Source: a virus
Taxonomy: Duplodnaviria > Heunggongvirae > Uroviricota > Caudoviricetes
Virus record (IMG/VR): IMGVR_UViG_2617271087_000009
DNA length: 18,212 nt
Reading direction: 5' to 3' (one strand)
Under the pieces are notes generated by a model that saw only the letters and a program-made list of their open reading frames with translations, was not told the origin of the DNA and did no database searches. Positions 16,910-18,212 of this stretch are shown here, one piece after another. The position numbers and the translations under genes were made by a program. Each line of letters starts with the position of its first letter. Position 1 is the stretch's first letter.

Positions 16910-17335
16910 ATGAAGAAATTATCCCTTTCACTGATGCTGAACGTGTCGCTGGCGCTGATGCTGGCACTGTCCCTGATTTACCCGCAGAGCGTGGCCGTCA
17001 GTTTTGTCGCCACCTGGGCGATTCTGGCGACGGTTATCTGTGTGGTTGCCGGTGGTGTCGGCGTGTATGCCACGGAGTATGTGCTGGAACGCTACGGGCG
17101 GGAGCTGCCGCCGGAATCGCTGGCCGTGAAGATTGTCACGTCGCTGTTTTTGCAGCCGGTGCCGTGGCGCAGACGGGCGGCGGCTCTGGTGGTGATGGTG
17201 GCGACGTTTATCTCGCTGGTCGCTGCCGGGTGGATTTTTACTGCGCTGATTTACCTCGTGGCGTCGGTGTTCTTCCGGCTGATACGTACGGCCTGCCGTC
17301 AGCGTTTTGAGGGGCGGGAACCATGTCAAAGCTGA
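16910..17335 (+). CDS. lysA: LysA (141 aa), membrane protein modulating lysis timing
   Basis: 141-aa multi-TM hydrophobic protein in the P2 lysA position; GGAG RBS. Confidence 0.8.
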   Translation: MKKLSLSLMLNVSLALMLALSLIYPQSVAVSFVATWAILATVICVVAGGVGVYATEYVLERYGRELPPESLAVKIVTSLFLQPVPWRRRAAALVVMVATFISLVAAGWIFTALIYLVASVFFRLIRTACRQRFEGREPCQS

Positions 17336-17748
17336 TGATTGTACTGGTTGTGTTGTTATCGCTGGCGGTGGCGGGGCTGTTTCTGGTGAAACATAAAAAT
17401 GCCAGCCTGCGCGCCTCGCTGGACAGGGCGAACAACGTCGCCAGCGGGCAGCAGACGACTATCACCATGCTGAAAAATCAGCTTCATGTTGCCCTCACCA
17501 GAGCAGACAAAAACGAGCTGGCGCAGGTGGTACTGCGTCAGGAACTGGAGAACGCCGCGAAGCGTGAAGCACAGCGCGAGAAAACCATCACGAGGTTACT
17601 CAATGAAAACGAAGATTTTCGCCGCTGGTACGGCGCTGACCTGCCTGATGTTGTGCGCCGGTTGCACCAGCGTCCGGCCTGCACCGACGCCAGTGATTGT
17701 CGCCAACGCCTGCCCGAAAGTGAGCCTTTGCCCGATGCCGGGCAGTGA
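17323..17748 (+). CDS. lysB: LysB (141 aa), Rz-like i-spanin
   Basis: N-terminal TM segment (MIVLVVLLSLAVAGLFLV) followed by a charged helical periplasmic domain; overlaps the lysA 3' end. Confidence 0.8.
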   Translation: MSKLMIVLVVLLSLAVAGLFLVKHKNASLRASLDRANNVASGQQTTITMLKNQLHVALTRADKNELAQVVLRQELENAAKREAQREKTITRLLNENEDFRRWYGADLPDVVRRLHQRPACTDASDCRQRLPESEPLPDAGQ

Positions 17749-17875
17749 CCCGCAGACGAACGGCGATTTAAGTGCTGATATCCGGCAGCTTGAGAACGCG
17801 CTGGCACGCTGTGCCAGCCAGGTAAAAATGATTAAACACTGTCAGGACGAAAACGATGCTTGCGTATTACCGTGA
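17603..17875 (+). CDS. lysC: LysC (90 aa), Rz1-like o-spanin lipoprotein, overlapping lysB in the +1 frame
   Basis: ATG at 17603 with GAGGT RBS; signal peptide plus lipobox (LMLCAGC); Pro-rich mature region; begins inside lysB and extends past it. Confidence 0.7.
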   Translation: MKTKIFAAGTALTCLMLCAGCTSVRPAPTPVIVANACPKVSLCPMPGSDPQTNGDLSADIRQLENALARCASQVKMIKHCQDENDACVLP

Positions 17876-18212
17876 AGGAGATCGGTGAGTAACATCGATG
17901 GAGATCGGTTCGTGTCACTTTCACAGAACCGTTTTTAAATTACCTTCACTGATCTCCTTCGGTCAACGGAGATTGTATTTTCCGCATTGATTCTCCTTTA
18001 AGTTCGATCTTGATACTGCCATGAACCAGTCGATCTAGGATGGCATCCGCATGTGTGGAGTCTCCGATCATTTTGTACCAGTTTTCCACCGGCAACTGGC
18101 TCACTACGATGATTGAGCCTCGTTGGTACATCAGATCCACTATTTCCAGCAGGTCGCTACGCTGTTCTGATGAGAGAGGTTCCAGCCCCCAGTCATCCAG
18201 AAGCAGCAGATC
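17876..18212 (-). mobile_element. IS21-family insertion sequence, right end; continues beyond the window
   Basis: Contains the istB 3' end. The 70 bp between the lysC stop and the istB stop carries repeated motifs (GGAGATCGGT at 17877-17886 and 17900-17909, and an inverted GGAGATCAG copy at about 17947-17958), typical of multi-repeat IS21 termini. The exact boundary is not determined. Confidence 0.65.
17946..18212 (-). CDS. istB: IstB (IS21-family transposition helper ATPase), C-terminal part; N-terminus off-window
   Basis: Minus-strand translation from the window edge: DLLLLDDWGLEPLSSEQRSDLLEIVDLMYQRGSIIVVSQLPVENWYKMIGDSTHADAILDRLVHGSIKIELKGESMRK... This carries the Walker B (hhhhDD) region and conserved C-terminus of IstB. 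The track's 64-aa ORF is only the tail. Confidence 0.8.
   Translation of the reverse strand, partial: DLLLLDDWGLEPLSSEQRSDLLEIVDLMYQRGSIIVVSQLPVENWYKMIGDSTHADAILDRLVHGSIKIELKGESMRKIQSPLTEGDQ

Noticed and set aside
1-18212. CRISPR arrays, tRNA or rRNA genes, and an attL/tRNA integration junction
   Set aside because: No regularly spaced direct repeats and no tRNA-like cloverleaf candidates were seen. The int stop codon is at the first bases of the window, so any attL lies off-window to the left.

Overview
This window is a near-complete left half of a P2-like (Peduovirus) prophage, most likely from an enterobacterial host. Gene order and protein lengths match phage P2 almost one-for-one: int (337 aa), C repressor (99), cox (91), B (166), four small early ORFs, A (761), then cos, Q (344), P, O (284), N (357), M (247), L (169), X (67), Y, K (165), lysA, lysB and lysC. 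Four things depart from a canonical P2. (1) Between gene A and cos, where P2 carries orf91/tin/old, there is a visibly AT-rich cargo island of about 2.5 kb with three ORFs I cannot assign to any family I know (63, 226 and 313 aa); this is the best candidate for an undescribed accessory or anti-phage module. (2) A PAPS-reductase/DndC-like gene sits between orf83 and A and is frameshifted in a T7 homopolymer. (3) The terminase ATPase gene P is split by a 1-nt frameshift. (4) An IS21-family element (istB 3' end visible) is inserted directly after lysC where tail gene R should begin. Together these suggest a decaying prophage that has kept its hotspot cargo, though sequencing error could explain the two frameshifts. 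No tRNA, rRNA or CRISPR array was seen. All calls come from reading the sequence and from remembered family features; no database search was run.
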